A stretch of DNA of 64,000 bases from a virus. Positions within the stretch are counted from its first letter, which is position 1. Each line of letters starts with the position of its first letter. The DNA is taken from IMG/VR virus record IMGVR_UViG_3300007735_000791, positions 1-64,000 of that record, one strand, 5' to 3'. The position numbers and the translations under genes are program-made. Under the pieces are notes generated by a model that searched no databases, was not told the origin of the DNA, and worked only from the letters and a program-made list of their open reading frames with translations. Shown one piece after another: positions 29,606-38,366 of this stretch.

Positions 29606-31053
29606 TGGCAACTATTGATTATTCTAATCGCGATTATGATTCTATTCGCGCTGACTTGTTGTCTCGTGCGTCAGAGATAGTTCCTGAATGGACTGCAAGA
29701 AACTCGTCTGATTTTGGAGTTTTGTTTGTTGACCTTTGGTCGTACTTTGCTGACGTACTACACTATTACATTGACCGCGCTGCTGGTGAGGCATTTATCA
29801 CTACGGCAACACAACGAGAGTCGTTGTTGGCTCTTGCCAGTTTGTTTGATTACAACCCACAACTTCAAAAGTCATCAACTGCAACTGTAACTGTTGTTGG
29901 TGCAAACATTCCTGCAGGAGACGTTGTAACAATACCAGTAGGTACTACGTTTGTTGCTCCTGCAACTTCTGAACGACCAATTGTTTATTTTACTTCAACG
30001 GAAAGTGCTTCTGCTTCTGCTTCTGCAAACGCTATTATTTCAGTTGTTGAAGGTTTACAAGTTAATGATGAAACTGTAGGCACTTCAAACGGTGCTGCAA
30101 ATCAACGTTTTTCATTGTTTTATAACGGAGTGATTGGTGACAGTGTAGTGGTGTATGTACAAGAAGGTGTAGTAGTTGACGGTGTTCCTTCTAATGTTGA
30201 ATATCAATTTGTTAACAAACTTCTTGACTCAACCGCAAATGACCGAGTGTTTACGTTATTATCAACAGCATCTAATGAAACTGAAATTGTTTTTGGAAAT
30301 GGTATTAACGGTAAGATTCCAAATACTGGACAAAACATAATTGTAAATTATCGCAAAGGTGTTGGTTCTCGTGGCAACCTTTCGGCAAATTCAATCACAC
30401 AAATTCAAAACTCTCCAAGTATTTATATTTCTGAAATTTTGTCTAGTGCTGCTGTTGGTGGAGCAAACGTTGAATCAATTGAATCGTTGCGAAATAACAT
30501 ACCAAACTCTTTTGCAACACAAGACCGTGCTGTATCTTTAAGTGATTATAAGGCGCTTGTTTTACAAGTTGCTGGTGTTGCTAAAGGCACTGCTTCTTAT
30601 TCAAGTGGAACAGTTACTATTTATGCTGCGCCATTTACGGAAGATTACTTAACATACTCGTCTTCAACATTGCCTGTTAACGCTACTTTACAAACCAACA
30701 TTATTGAGTATTACGAACCTCGTCAAATGATTGGGGCAAGCGTAACGGCGGCTAGTGCAATTAACTTAACAGCAGTCAACGTAACTGCCACCGTAAACGT
30801 ATTGCCAGGATATATTGCAAGTAAAGTTGCTGAATCTGTTGAAACGGCCTTGGACACGTTGTTTGAATTTGAAAATGTTTTCTTTAACCAAACTTTGTCA
30901 AAAGGCCAAATATACAGAACAATTCTTGATGTTCCTGGTGTTGATTATGTAACCCTTTCTTTACCAAGCACTGAAACCGTAACGTCTGGTGCATATGGCT
31001 TGTTAAAAAAGGGAACCTACACACTTACAACCGTTGGTGGAGTTACTGGTTAA
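29605..31053 (+). CDS. Baseplate J-like wedge protein
   Basis: IDYSNRDYDSIR, FGNG..GKIP, GG...ES, RAVS..DY. Confidence 0.9.
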   Translation: MATIDYSNRDYDSIRADLLSRASEIVPEWTARNSSDFGVLFVDLWSYFADVLHYYIDRAAGEAFITTATQRESLLALASLFDYNPQLQKSSTATVTVVGANIPAGDVVTIPVGTTFVAPATSERPIVYFTSTESASASASANAIISVVEGLQVNDETVGTSNGAANQRFSLFYNGVIGDSVVVYVQEGVVVDGVPSNVEYQFVNKLLDSTANDRVFTLLSTASNETEIVFGNGINGKIPNTGQNIIVNYRKGVGSRGNLSANSITQIQNSPSIYISEILSSAAVGGANVESIESLRNNIPNSFATQDRAVSLSDYKALVLQVAGVAKGTASYSSGTVTIYAAPFTEDYLTYSSSTLPVNATLQTNIIEYYEPRQMIGASVTAASAINLTAVNVTATVNVLPGYIASKVAESVETALDTLFEFENVFFNQTLSKGQIYRTILDVPGVDYVTLSLPSTETVTSGAYGLLKKGTYTLTTVGGVTG

Positions 31054-33018
31054 ATGGCTTTAATATCTTTTCGGTTACGCCGAACCGATGATGTTGGTTC
31101 ATATGTTCGCGAAGAAAGCCGACTAGACTCGGCACTTCGTAGTGACTCATATGTAACCCCAACAGATTCATCTGGGTTCTCGTCGTTTAGTGCAACGGTA
31201 ATGAACGTTGAAGAACAAATTGTAATAGATGCAGGACGACCAGGCGGTCAATACACCGTTTATGAATACGACGTGTTAACAGAATGGACATTGACTGAAG
31301 CGTTGGTTTCTTCTCCAGCAACCGTTTCACCAACTGAAATACATTTAATAGTTAATCAATACGGAGAACCTCTTACAGTTGAAGATGGCACAACAATATT
31401 TACTTGTAATAGTTCATCTTTTGTAAACACTTTTCGTCACGTTAGTGCTTTATACAAACCTGGGACTTGGTTGTACTACGGTTTTTTTATTAAATACTCA
31501 GATGGCTCAACAGAATGGTTTGAGCGTGCTGCAACAGTAACAGTTCAATTGCCAAAATATTACCAATCAATTGAAGACCTTTGGAAACGAATTCCAGAGT
31601 ACTACAGGGCTGCTGACTACGCCGAAGGAAAAGGTCACCTTAAAAAATACTTGTCGTTGTTTGGTTGGGAACTTGATAAAACACGAAGTTTAATTGACAG
31701 TTTAATAACTATAAATGACCCTGTTACTTCTCCAACTGCAACCCTTGATGCCATTGCCAAACAATTAGGAGTGCCAGTAACTTCATTGGACGTTGGGACA
31801 TCCAGGCTTAGAAGCGTCCTTTTAAATATTTTTAACCTTCGCCAACGCAAAGGAACGATTGGCGGAACAACTTCTTTTATCTCTGCAATGTCTGGTTGTC
31901 AATCTCGTTTTGATTCAGATACAAATACTTTTTATGTGTATTCGCAACGAGTAAACCTTTTATCAGACCCTAAATTTAGGCAACAAGATATTTCTTTTTA
32001 TTTAGGAAACCCGTCTGTACTTGATAGAACACCTTTTACACTTCGTAGTGAGAGTGGTGGTTCTGCCTTACGTAACCCAGACGCAAATGATGATGCAATC
32101 AGAAACTACAACTCAAACCCTTTGTCTGTAGGAGAGTTAGCAGAATACACAACGACTTTAACAACTGATACTGCGGCTTCTGTGGGTTGGGGTGTTTACA
32201 CGTATGGAAGTGCTTTTTCTGGAAGCGCTTCTGTTCCTGTTATTAACACAGTTATTTATGACGGTGAAGAAACAGCGGGTGCTTCGGTTTCTGTTGTTTA
32301 TGCAAACGGAGATGGTATTAAAATTGAAATTCCAAATGATGCAACTGGTCCTCAAGTAGTTGTTGTATACGGAAGAAAACCTTTTTATTACCGAAATGAT
32401 GTTACTTATTACAGTTCTTTTAACTGCAATCTTTCAGGAGCATCTTTTGTTAACCTTCGTTTTATAACTAACGATAACATTAATAGTTTTATAGAAATTG
32501 ACCCACCAGACTCTATTGGTGAAGCATTGTTTTATGATTCATGGAATACTGAAAGCGCCGCAAATCAAGACATATTTTTATATGGAAACACTGCTTATTA
32601 CAACGCCAGTGCGCCTGGTTTGGCAACCGCTGGTCGCTTTAGTTTGCAACATCCAGAATCTCCAGACATTGACAACGTTGAAAAGGCTGTAGTTCCAGCA
32701 TTAGTATTCTTTGCAGACCCAGGTGACTCTATCATTGTCTCTAAATGGTTGGTTGAACCTAATGCCGTAGGACGTTATTTTGATGGAGATGACATCTATG
32801 GTGGTTTTATTCAACAGGCAAACCAACCAAGCATTGTTGGTGTTGCAGACTACCGATGGGGTCCAAACGGCGGTGAAGACAATGAAAACTTTTCGTATTA
32901 CACTCTTGATTATGCGAGAGTTACAAACGCGGTAGAACGTGTTGTTGAAGACACTTTGATACCTGTTAACATGATTGGCAATTACACTATTGAATGGAAC
33001 ACTATCCCAGGAGACTAA
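31054..33018 (+). CDS. Baseplate wedge protein (P2 gpI-like central domain)
   Basis: LWKRIPEYYR..D...L..YL..FG, LDAIAKQLG, RKGT. Confidence 0.7.
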   Translation: MALISFRLRRTDDVGSYVREESRLDSALRSDSYVTPTDSSGFSSFSATVMNVEEQIVIDAGRPGGQYTVYEYDVLTEWTLTEALVSSPATVSPTEIHLIVNQYGEPLTVEDGTTIFTCNSSSFVNTFRHVSALYKPGTWLYYGFFIKYSDGSTEWFERAATVTVQLPKYYQSIEDLWKRIPEYYRAADYAEGKGHLKKYLSLFGWELDKTRSLIDSLITINDPVTSPTATLDAIAKQLGVPVTSLDVGTSRLRSVLLNIFNLRQRKGTIGGTTSFISAMSGCQSRFDSDTNTFYVYSQRVNLLSDPKFRQQDISFYLGNPSVLDRTPFTLRSESGGSALRNPDANDDAIRNYNSNPLSVGELAEYTTTLTTDTAASVGWGVYTYGSAFSGSASVPVINTVIYDGEETAGASVSVVYANGDGIKIEIPNDATGPQVVVVYGRKPFYYRNDVTYYSSFNCNLSGASFVNLRFITNDNINSFIEIDPPDSIGEALFYDSWNTESAANQDIFLYGNTAYYNASAPGLATAGRFSLQHPESPDIDNVEKAVVPALVFFADPGDSIIVSKWLVEPNAVGRYFDGDDIYGGFIQQANQPSIVGVADYRWGPNGGEDNENFSYYTLDYARVTNAVERVVEDTLIPVNMIGNYTIEWNTIPGD

Positions 33019-33272
33019 TGGAACTATTACTTGCAGCACTAGCCGTTTACAAAGTTGTACAAATTTTAGATTTATTTTTGACAAAGGAACCAATGCCTTG
33101 GGTTAAAGTTGTTGCGACATTGGTTATGTCATATGCAGCAGTTCTAATCTTATGGACCGAAATTATTTGGTTGCATGGACTTGTAGTTGCAACAATCGCT
33201 GGTATAGTGCACAGCCTAATTCGCATGATTACACTCATGGGAGATATGGCAAGAACAAAATCGTTACGTTAA
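33018..33272 (+). CDS. Membrane protein
   Basis: TAATG coupling; about three hydrophobic segments. Confidence 0.65.
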   Translation: MELLLAALAVYKVVQILDLFLTKEPMPWVKVVATLVMSYAAVLILWTEIIWLHGLVVATIAGIVHSLIRMITLMGDMARTKSLR

Positions 33273-33284
33273 AAGGAGAACAAC

Positions 33285-33962
33285 ATGAATCAGTTTGTAA
33301 TACTTGGAGTAGGCAACACCTCTGAAAACATCATAGAAGATTGTTTATTTGATTTGCCAAAGGACAGTATGTATCACATTTATACATACCGAACAAATTT
33401 GGAAGGAGTGTGCCGAGTCTACGATTGGTTGTTAGATAACAAAGCATCGTACATTGCGTATCACAATAACACAGCACCAGCAATGTTGACTAACGAAGCA
33501 ACTAAAGCAGTTGAGTCAACTATAGATGAGATGATTGACGTGGCGCGAAATATAAAAGCCACTGTTCTTTACTTATGGAACGACAAAGATGAAGTGGAGT
33601 CCGAGAAAGACGTAACCAAATTAATTGATAGCGGATTACGTGTTCTTGACTTAACACAAGGTCTTACTCCATTCTTAATTGTTGACAACAAAAAAGAAGT
33701 AAACGACACTGTTGATTCTCTTAAACCAGTTACTCGTGAAGAGTATGAAGAAATGCCGTTGGCTTCGCTAAAACAACAAGCAGCAGCACATGGTGTGCCA
33801 GATAATAAACTTAAATCAAAAGAAGAAATGATTGAAGCATTGATAGAAGAAATGACAGCAACAGTGGTAGTTATTACTGGAAAGTTAGCCCCACTAGAAT
33901 ATCCAAAAGTATTTAAAGTTACAGAACAAGTAGCACAACAAATAATCAACGACTTAACGTAA
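33285..33962 (+). CDS. Hypothetical protein with a Rho-N-like helical motif
   Basis: YEEMPLASLKQQAAAHGV....KSKEEMIEAL. Confidence 0.55.
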   Translation: MNQFVILGVGNTSENIIEDCLFDLPKDSMYHIYTYRTNLEGVCRVYDWLLDNKASYIAYHNNTAPAMLTNEATKAVESTIDEMIDVARNIKATVLYLWNDKDEVESEKDVTKLIDSGLRVLDLTQGLTPFLIVDNKKEVNDTVDSLKPVTREEYEEMPLASLKQQAAAHGVPDNKLKSKEEMIEALIEEMTATVVVITGKLAPLEYPKVFKVTEQVAQQIINDLT

Positions 33963-33966
33963 TTAC

Positions 33967-34044
33967 GCAGGGGGACTGGAGGCGGAAAGGAGGTAGAAAA
34001 ACCTCCAGCCCACACCCTGCTCAGCGTTCGGACAAGGACGCTGA
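33967..34044 (+). promoter_or_regulatory. Structured RNA leader upstream of the replication initiator
   Basis: Nested GCAGGG/CCCTGC and CTGGAGG/CCTCCAG stems, then a TCAGCGT/ACGCTGA hairpin. Confidence 0.55.
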
Positions 34045-34078
34045 AATCAGTTTATCAAATAGGACGAGGAATAACACG

Positions 34079-34591
34079 ATGGCAAAAAGTAAGTTTTCAG
34101 GACCGTTTCTACCCTTCCCACGTTGGGTACTTCAATATCTTGGCAATGACTCAATCAGTAAAGTAGTATTATTAACTGTATTACTTTACATGGATGCTGA
34201 TACCCAAGAACTAACAACTTCGTATGGACACGTAGCCAAATTGACTGGCTATTCGCGCAGAACCATCATTCGTTCTGTCAACCGCTTGGTTTCTGCTGGT
34301 GTCCTTATTCGTAAAAACCGTTTGGGCAAGCATGGAAACATCAGCAATAAGTACATCGTAAACTTCAACAATCCATCTACCCTAGTGTCTGCACAGACAC
34401 CACCTAGTGTCCTCACTGACACCACTGGTAGTGACACGCCTGACACCACCCCTAGTGTCCCCAGTGACACCCAATCAAGAATAACAATAAACAAGAATAA
34501 CCATAACAAGAATCTCTCTTTCAAGAAGGAGAAAAAAAAGGACGACATTACTAATGGTTACGTTATAGACGAAACGCTATTGCCAAAATGA
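34079..34591 (+). CDS. HTH replication initiator (lambda O-like layout)
   Basis: Winged HTH SYGHVAKLTGYSRRTIIRSVNRLVSAG; low-complexity linker encodes iterons; upstream of DnaC and DnaB. Confidence 0.8.
   Translation: MAKSKFSGPFLPFPRWVLQYLGNDSISKVVLLTVLLYMDADTQELTTSYGHVAKLTGYSRRTIIRSVNRLVSAGVLIRKNRLGKHGNISNKYIVNFNNPSTLVSAQTPPSVLTDTTGSDTPDTTPSVPSDTQSRITINKNNHNKNLSFKKEKKKDDITNGYVIDETLLPK
34383..34513. repeat. Putative replication origin: four iterons TAGTG(T/A)C-N6-GACACC plus an A-rich tract
   Basis: Iterons start at 34383, 34405, 34429 and 34453; then three CAAGAAT repeats. Confidence 0.75.
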
Positions 34592-34950
34592 ACGACGACT
34601 GGGGAAAGGCTCTAGGCTCAGATGAGGAGAAACCGATGATTACTAAAATGTCCACAAAAACAAAAAACACAACTATGGCTTTGGTTTACCACTTCAACAA
34701 ATCCATAGAGTACCCAATGAACTTTGAAGTAAACGCTTTGGCTTTGTCCAAAACATTTAAGACTTTGCGCGACAGTGGGGTTTCCTACGTTGACATGTAC
34801 AACATGATTGACAGGTTCTTTTATGAAATTAAACAAAAACCATTGCCAAAAGACGTGGCTACATGGGCAGCATTTATTAAACGACGAGACGATTTACTTC
34901 AGTGGGTGACAGCGAACTCTTCCGATTCCGACGTGTCGGAGTGGAAATGA
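34588..34950 (+). CDS. Hypothetical protein (replication module)
   Basis: ATGA overlap. Confidence 0.6.
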   Translation: MNDDWGKALGSDEEKPMITKMSTKTKNTTMALVYHFNKSIEYPMNFEVNALALSKTFKTLRDSGVSYVDMYNMIDRFFYEIKQKPLPKDVATWAAFIKRRDDLLQWVTANSSDSDVSEWK

Positions 34951-35165
34951 AAAAATGGTGGTTTTTCATAAAAGCATTTAACATTATTTTTAAAGTAAAC
35001 ACTGTTAAACAAGAAGAAGAAGAAATTGAAATGTATGTTTGTTCTTTGTGCGGGAGCATATACTTAGACAAACATTCGTACCTTACGCATTATAAAGTTG
35101 ATGCGTGCACAGCACCAATGTATATTTTACCTAGCGACCCACTACACATAAAGGACACACTATGA
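34947..35165 (+). CDS. Small C2H2-like zinc finger protein
   Basis: YVCSLCG..Y.....YLTH.....C; ATGA overlap. Confidence 0.55.
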   Translation: MKKWWFFIKAFNIIFKVNTVKQEEEEIEMYVCSLCGSIYLDKHSYLTHYKVDACTAPMYILPSDPLHIKDTL

Positions 35166-35800
35166 CAACAGGATGGAAAGGTGCTCGTTACTGGCGTAAC
35201 AGGCCGATTGAAGAAAGATTAAGTAACTTACGAGTTCCACGGCGATTTGAATCAATGACATTGGAGTCATACGACAAGTCAACTGGAGACCAAGATGTTT
35301 ACTATGCGGTTATGACTTGGTTAAAAAATGCAGAAGAAAACATCGCCACTGGAACTGGTTTGTATTTGTTTGGTGGCACTGGTGTAGGTAAAACACATCT
35401 TGCCATTGGTTTGTTAAAAGAAGTAGTTGCCAAAGTTCAAATTAGTGGTTACTACATACCAACCACGACATACATGGAAATGATGTATGACGAACTAAAC
35501 AACGAAGGCACTCTTCCAGAAGAGTATGAATCTCCATACACATCAAAATACTTACGAGCAGTTTATGACGTAGTTGTTCTTGACGGACTAGGAGACGAAA
35601 ACGACACAGACTTTACACGCCGTTCAATCACCAATTTATTAAATCAAAGAATTAACAATAATCTTCCAACAATTATTACAAGCCTATACAACCCTAAAAA
35701 GTTATCTTTGCGTTACGGAGAACGCTTTGTTTCTATTTTGCAATCGGCGTGTCGGCTTGTTCCTGTATCGGGAACGGACCAACGCAATGCAGGGAAATGA
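35162..35800 (+). CDS. DnaC/IstB-like helicase loader ATPase
   Basis: Walker A GGTGVGKT, VVVLDGLG, R..NNLPTIITS. Confidence 0.88.
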   Translation: MTTGWKGARYWRNRPIEERLSNLRVPRRFESMTLESYDKSTGDQDVYYAVMTWLKNAEENIATGTGLYLFGGTGVGKTHLAIGLLKEVVAKVQISGYYIPTTTYMEMMYDELNNEGTLPEEYESPYTSKYLRAVYDVVVLDGLGDENDTDFTRRSITNLLNQRINNNLPTIITSLYNPKKLSLRYGERFVSILQSACRLVPVSGTDQRNAGK

Positions 35801-36218
35801 CATTGGTGAGTACTGGCAAAAAGGACAAGGCGTAGTTTTTGAAGGAGTTCTGACACAACTGTCGGACAGCCTTATTGCTAATTTTCATAAACAACGAGGT
35901 AATTGGAAAAAGTATTTGTCTTTATCCAAACCATGTGAGTTGCCGTTAAAAGCAATGATAGATAGTTACAGCCGATTGGGTATAGCAACAGATGTTTATA
36001 CTTTTATAGACAACGATGCAGTTGACGCAATTAATGATTGGTTGCTGAGGAAAGGTATCTCGGTGGGTGTAATGTATTACCCCTCGGTGGAAGAACTAGC
36101 ATACGATTTAAAGTTTCAACGTTCAGTTAGGACAATATATGTTGAAACGCAAGAGCAAGCATCTATCATTGGGATACGTTCTCACGTAGTGGACACAAAG
36201 AAAGCGTGGATTAATTAA
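35787..36218 (+). CDS. Degenerate HAD-like protein
   Basis: VVFEGVL in place of DxDG; TAATG coupling to DnaB. Confidence 0.45.
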   Translation: MQGNDIGEYWQKGQGVVFEGVLTQLSDSLIANFHKQRGNWKKYLSLSKPCELPLKAMIDSYSRLGIATDVYTFIDNDAVDAINDWLLRKGISVGVMYYPSVEELAYDLKFQRSVRTIYVETQEQASIIGIRSHVVDTKKAWIN

Positions 36219-37474
36219 TGTCAAGTTCAGAGCACTTACTAATTAGCAAGGTAATCACTGACAACGAAATCTTGCCCGTAATTGAAGCAGGGGTTAAACC
36301 ACAGCACTTCTCAGCGCATTGGTCAAATGTTTGGGAATGGGTTGTTACCTATTGGCGAGAACACAACGCCGTTCCTTCTGAAAGAGCATTTAGTCAAGAA
36401 CATGCCAATGTCTCTTTGGTGGACTCTTCCCGTGAGCAATTCTCCAACCTAATTGAGGAAATGCTTGAGTCATACCGTCACCAGAAACTTGTAGAAACGC
36501 TTGCAACAGCGGTCCCTATGCTGAACAACAATTTGACTTCAGAAGCGTTACACGCGCTTACAGAGGGCTTACAGACCGCTTCAGCCGATGTTGCCAGGTT
36601 ACGCGACATCAACCTCATTGAAACTTGGGAGCAGCGAGTACAACGTTACCAATTGATGAAAGATACACCTAACGCCATCCGTGGAATACCAACTGGATTT
36701 GGTGGATTGGACAGGATTACATCTGGGTTACGACCACAGCAGTTGATTACTTTTGTTGGTGAGGCAAAGAAGGGCAAATCTTTGATTACCTTGATTATGG
36801 CAAACGCCGTACACACTCACGGTAAGGTTCCGCTATACATCTCGTTTGAAATGAGTGCAGAAGAACAATCAGCACGATACGACGCTCTTATTGCTGGAAT
36901 ATCGCACACAAAAATAATGCGAGGAGACTTAACCAATGCCGAAATTGAACGCATTAGAAAAGCAGTGTCAGTGCGAAAGAACATGCACCCATTTATTTTG
37001 TCTGAAGACATTTCGTCTTTGACCACAGTCAGTGCAATTGCAGGAAAAGTACAGCAACACAAACCTGATTTGTTAGTAGTTGACGGTGTATATTTGATGG
37101 ATGACGAACAAGGTGAGCCAAAAGGTTCTCCACAAGCACTCACCAATATCACTAGGTCGTTAAAGCGCTTGGCTCAACGATTTGATATTCCTATTGTCGG
37201 TACAACTCAAGTGTTGAGTTGGAAGATTGGAAACCGAAAAAGCAGGCAGATTACTGCTGAAGCCATTGGGTATACATCGTCTTTTGCTCAAGACTCTGAC
37301 CTAGTGGTTGGCGTAGAGTCAGACCCTGATATTGAAAACCAAGCAATCTTGAGAGTGGTGCTTGCACGTACAGCACCAAAAGGCGAAGTAAGGATTAATT
37401 GGGATTGGAACAACATGGACTTTTCAGAGGTAGAAGATGACACTAACGATAGCAATGACAACTGGTATTACTAA
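36218..37474 (+). CDS. dnaB: Replicative helicase (DnaB-like)
   Basis: GIPTGF..LD, GEAKKGKS, SFEM, VVDG, QDSD. Confidence 0.92.
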   Translation: MSSSEHLLISKVITDNEILPVIEAGVKPQHFSAHWSNVWEWVVTYWREHNAVPSERAFSQEHANVSLVDSSREQFSNLIEEMLESYRHQKLVETLATAVPMLNNNLTSEALHALTEGLQTASADVARLRDINLIETWEQRVQRYQLMKDTPNAIRGIPTGFGGLDRITSGLRPQQLITFVGEAKKGKSLITLIMANAVHTHGKVPLYISFEMSAEEQSARYDALIAGISHTKIMRGDLTNAEIERIRKAVSVRKNMHPFILSEDISSLTTVSAIAGKVQQHKPDLLVVDGVYLMDDEQGEPKGSPQALTNITRSLKRLAQRFDIPIVGTTQVLSWKIGNRKSRQITAEAIGYTSSFAQDSDLVVGVESDPDIENQAILRVVLARTAPKGEVRINWDWNNMDFSEVEDDTNDSNDNWYY

Positions 37475-38366
37475 TTTTCGTGACGTCCTTGACGCAATAG
37501 GCGTTGATGTTCGCCGTGAGTCTGGCAATGAAATCATTGGCTGTTGTCCAGTACATGCAAAACGAACTGGGAAATTAGACAGGTCTCCATCATGGTCAAT
37601 GAACGCTTCTACAGGATTGTGGATTTGCCATTCATGTGGGTCTCGTGGAAACTTACCGCAGTTGATTGCCGAAGTTACTGGAAGTTACGAATCCGTATCC
37701 ACAATATACAACTTGTTAATGAACTCTGGAATGGAGCAACTAACACGTCCTAAGTTGGAAAAGGTTAAATCAGATGTGGACTGGGAAATGTATATGTCTT
37801 TTGACAACCCTCCATACGAGAAGTTGTTAGAACGTAATATCAAAGCGGTAGTTGCCGAAAGGTTTGGTATCCGATGGGATACGTCAAAACAAGCGTGGAT
37901 TATTCCAATCATTTCTGCATCAGGAGATTTGATGGGATGGCAAGAGAAGTCACCAAAGGGAGTTCTCAATCAACCTGTAGGTGTTTCTAAATCAGAAACT
38001 TTGTTTGGTATTGACCGTTTTAATATACGAACAGCAATTTTAGTAGAGTCCCCACTAGACGTAGTTAGGGTTGCTTCAGCATATTCAGGAGTACAATGTT
38101 TAGCCAGTTTTGGAGTACAGGTCAGTAAAAAACAAATAGAACTATTAAGCAATGTTTGTGATTATTTAATTGTGGCGTTAGACAATGACGAGGCTGGAAT
38201 GACGGTAGGTAAAAAGTTGTTTAAGCACCTTCCTACTTTTCGTGAAGGTATTAAATGGCTTTACTACGGTCACACTAAAGCAAAAGACTTGGGTGAAATG
38301 TCAGACGAAGAAATTGGTATTGCCATAACAAAAGCAACTGTTCTTCCTTGGTGGGTAAATGTTTAA
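37455..38366 (+). CDS. DNA primase (CHC2 zinc finger + TOPRIM)
   Basis: CPVH...CHSC, VESPLD, LDND.AG, KD. Confidence 0.9.
   Translation: MTTGITNFRDVLDAIGVDVRRESGNEIIGCCPVHAKRTGKLDRSPSWSMNASTGLWICHSCGSRGNLPQLIAEVTGSYESVSTIYNLLMNSGMEQLTRPKLEKVKSDVDWEMYMSFDNPPYEKLLERNIKAVVAERFGIRWDTSKQAWIIPIISASGDLMGWQEKSPKGVLNQPVGVSKSETLFGIDRFNIRTAILVESPLDVVRVASAYSGVQCLASFGVQVSKKQIELLSNVCDYLIVALDNDEAGMTVGKKLFKHLPTFREGIKWLYYGHTKAKDLGEMSDEEIGIAITKATVLPWWVNV

Noticed and set aside
19743-33018. Standalone tailocin or eCIS
   Set aside because: Terminase, portal, capsid and replication genes are present, so this is a phage.
34383-34471. Repeats as a mini-CRISPR array
   Set aside because: Units are 22-24 bp with only 6 variable nt and lie inside a coding gene; they fit iterons.
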